In this document: piece after piece, positions 31,984 to 32,000 of the stretch
How the letters are laid out: every line of letters starts with the position of its first letter
Position numbering within the stretch: position 1 is the first letter of the stretch
Assembly: GCA_964551375.1 (NCBI GenBank)
Contig: CAZKBG010000001.1
Location: 837,329 to 869,328 of the forward strand
Direction: 5' to 3'
Origin: an uncultured archaeon
GTDB taxonomy: Archaea > Iainarchaeota > Iainarchaeia > Iainarchaeales > JAAZKV01
Length of the DNA: 32,000 bases
Made by a program: the position numbers and the translations under genes
Notes under the pieces: generated by a model
Databases searched by the model: none
Seen by the model: the letters and a program-made list of their open reading frames with translations, nothing else
Told to the model about the DNA's origin: nothing

Positions 31984-32000
31984 ATAAAGATGCTTTCTTT

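Noticed and set aside
1-32000. Search for CRISPR arrays, rRNA genes, transposases or integrases
   Set aside because: No regularly spaced direct repeats were seen. No rRNA-like conserved stretches were seen. No DDE, serine or tyrosine recombinase motifs were recognised in any listed ORF.

Overview
Gene-dense, AT-rich window that reads as an archaeal chromosome fragment. A small-genome DPANN-type archaeon fits best. This is an inference from archaeal NAC, form III RuBisCO, class III (QxSxE-type) pilin signal peptides, FlaI/FlaJ-type pilus machinery, a CCA-less tRNA and many secreted Cys-rich proteins. No rRNA, CRISPR array, integrase or transposase was seen. Main blocks: (1) 1-7122: secreted and surface proteins, including a large Cys-repeat/PKD protein that is missing from the ORF track because it runs off the window, two lipobox-like proteins and a pilin-signal/GLUG adhesin. 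(2) 7201-12759: housekeeping-type genes (NAC, SlyD-type FKBP with a His/Cys tail, TPM + LemA, FTR1 permease). (3) 12756-18489: a visibly lower-GC accessory island. It holds an apparently ATPase-dead MCM-like protein, a stand-alone Cas4-like Fe-S nuclease, a GIY-YIG nuclease, an N6-adenine methyltransferase with a fused specificity domain, and a PD-(D/E)XK endonuclease. (4) 18595-19926: form III RuBisCO. (5) 22782-23797: tRNA-Asp, overlapped antisense by a free-standing double-motif LAGLIDADG endonuclease gene. (6) 23897-31983: a surface/pilus locus with a CGDG Cys-repeat protein, a KaiC-like ATPase coupled to a P-loop-less paralogue, two tandem pilins, a short CorA, and a wHTH / FlaI-like ATPase / split FlaJ-TadBC operon. 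The best candidates for something undescribed are the three island genes not explained by the R-M pair (12756-15537) and the KaiC-pair-containing pilus locus. All family assignments come from motif reading by eye, not from database searches.
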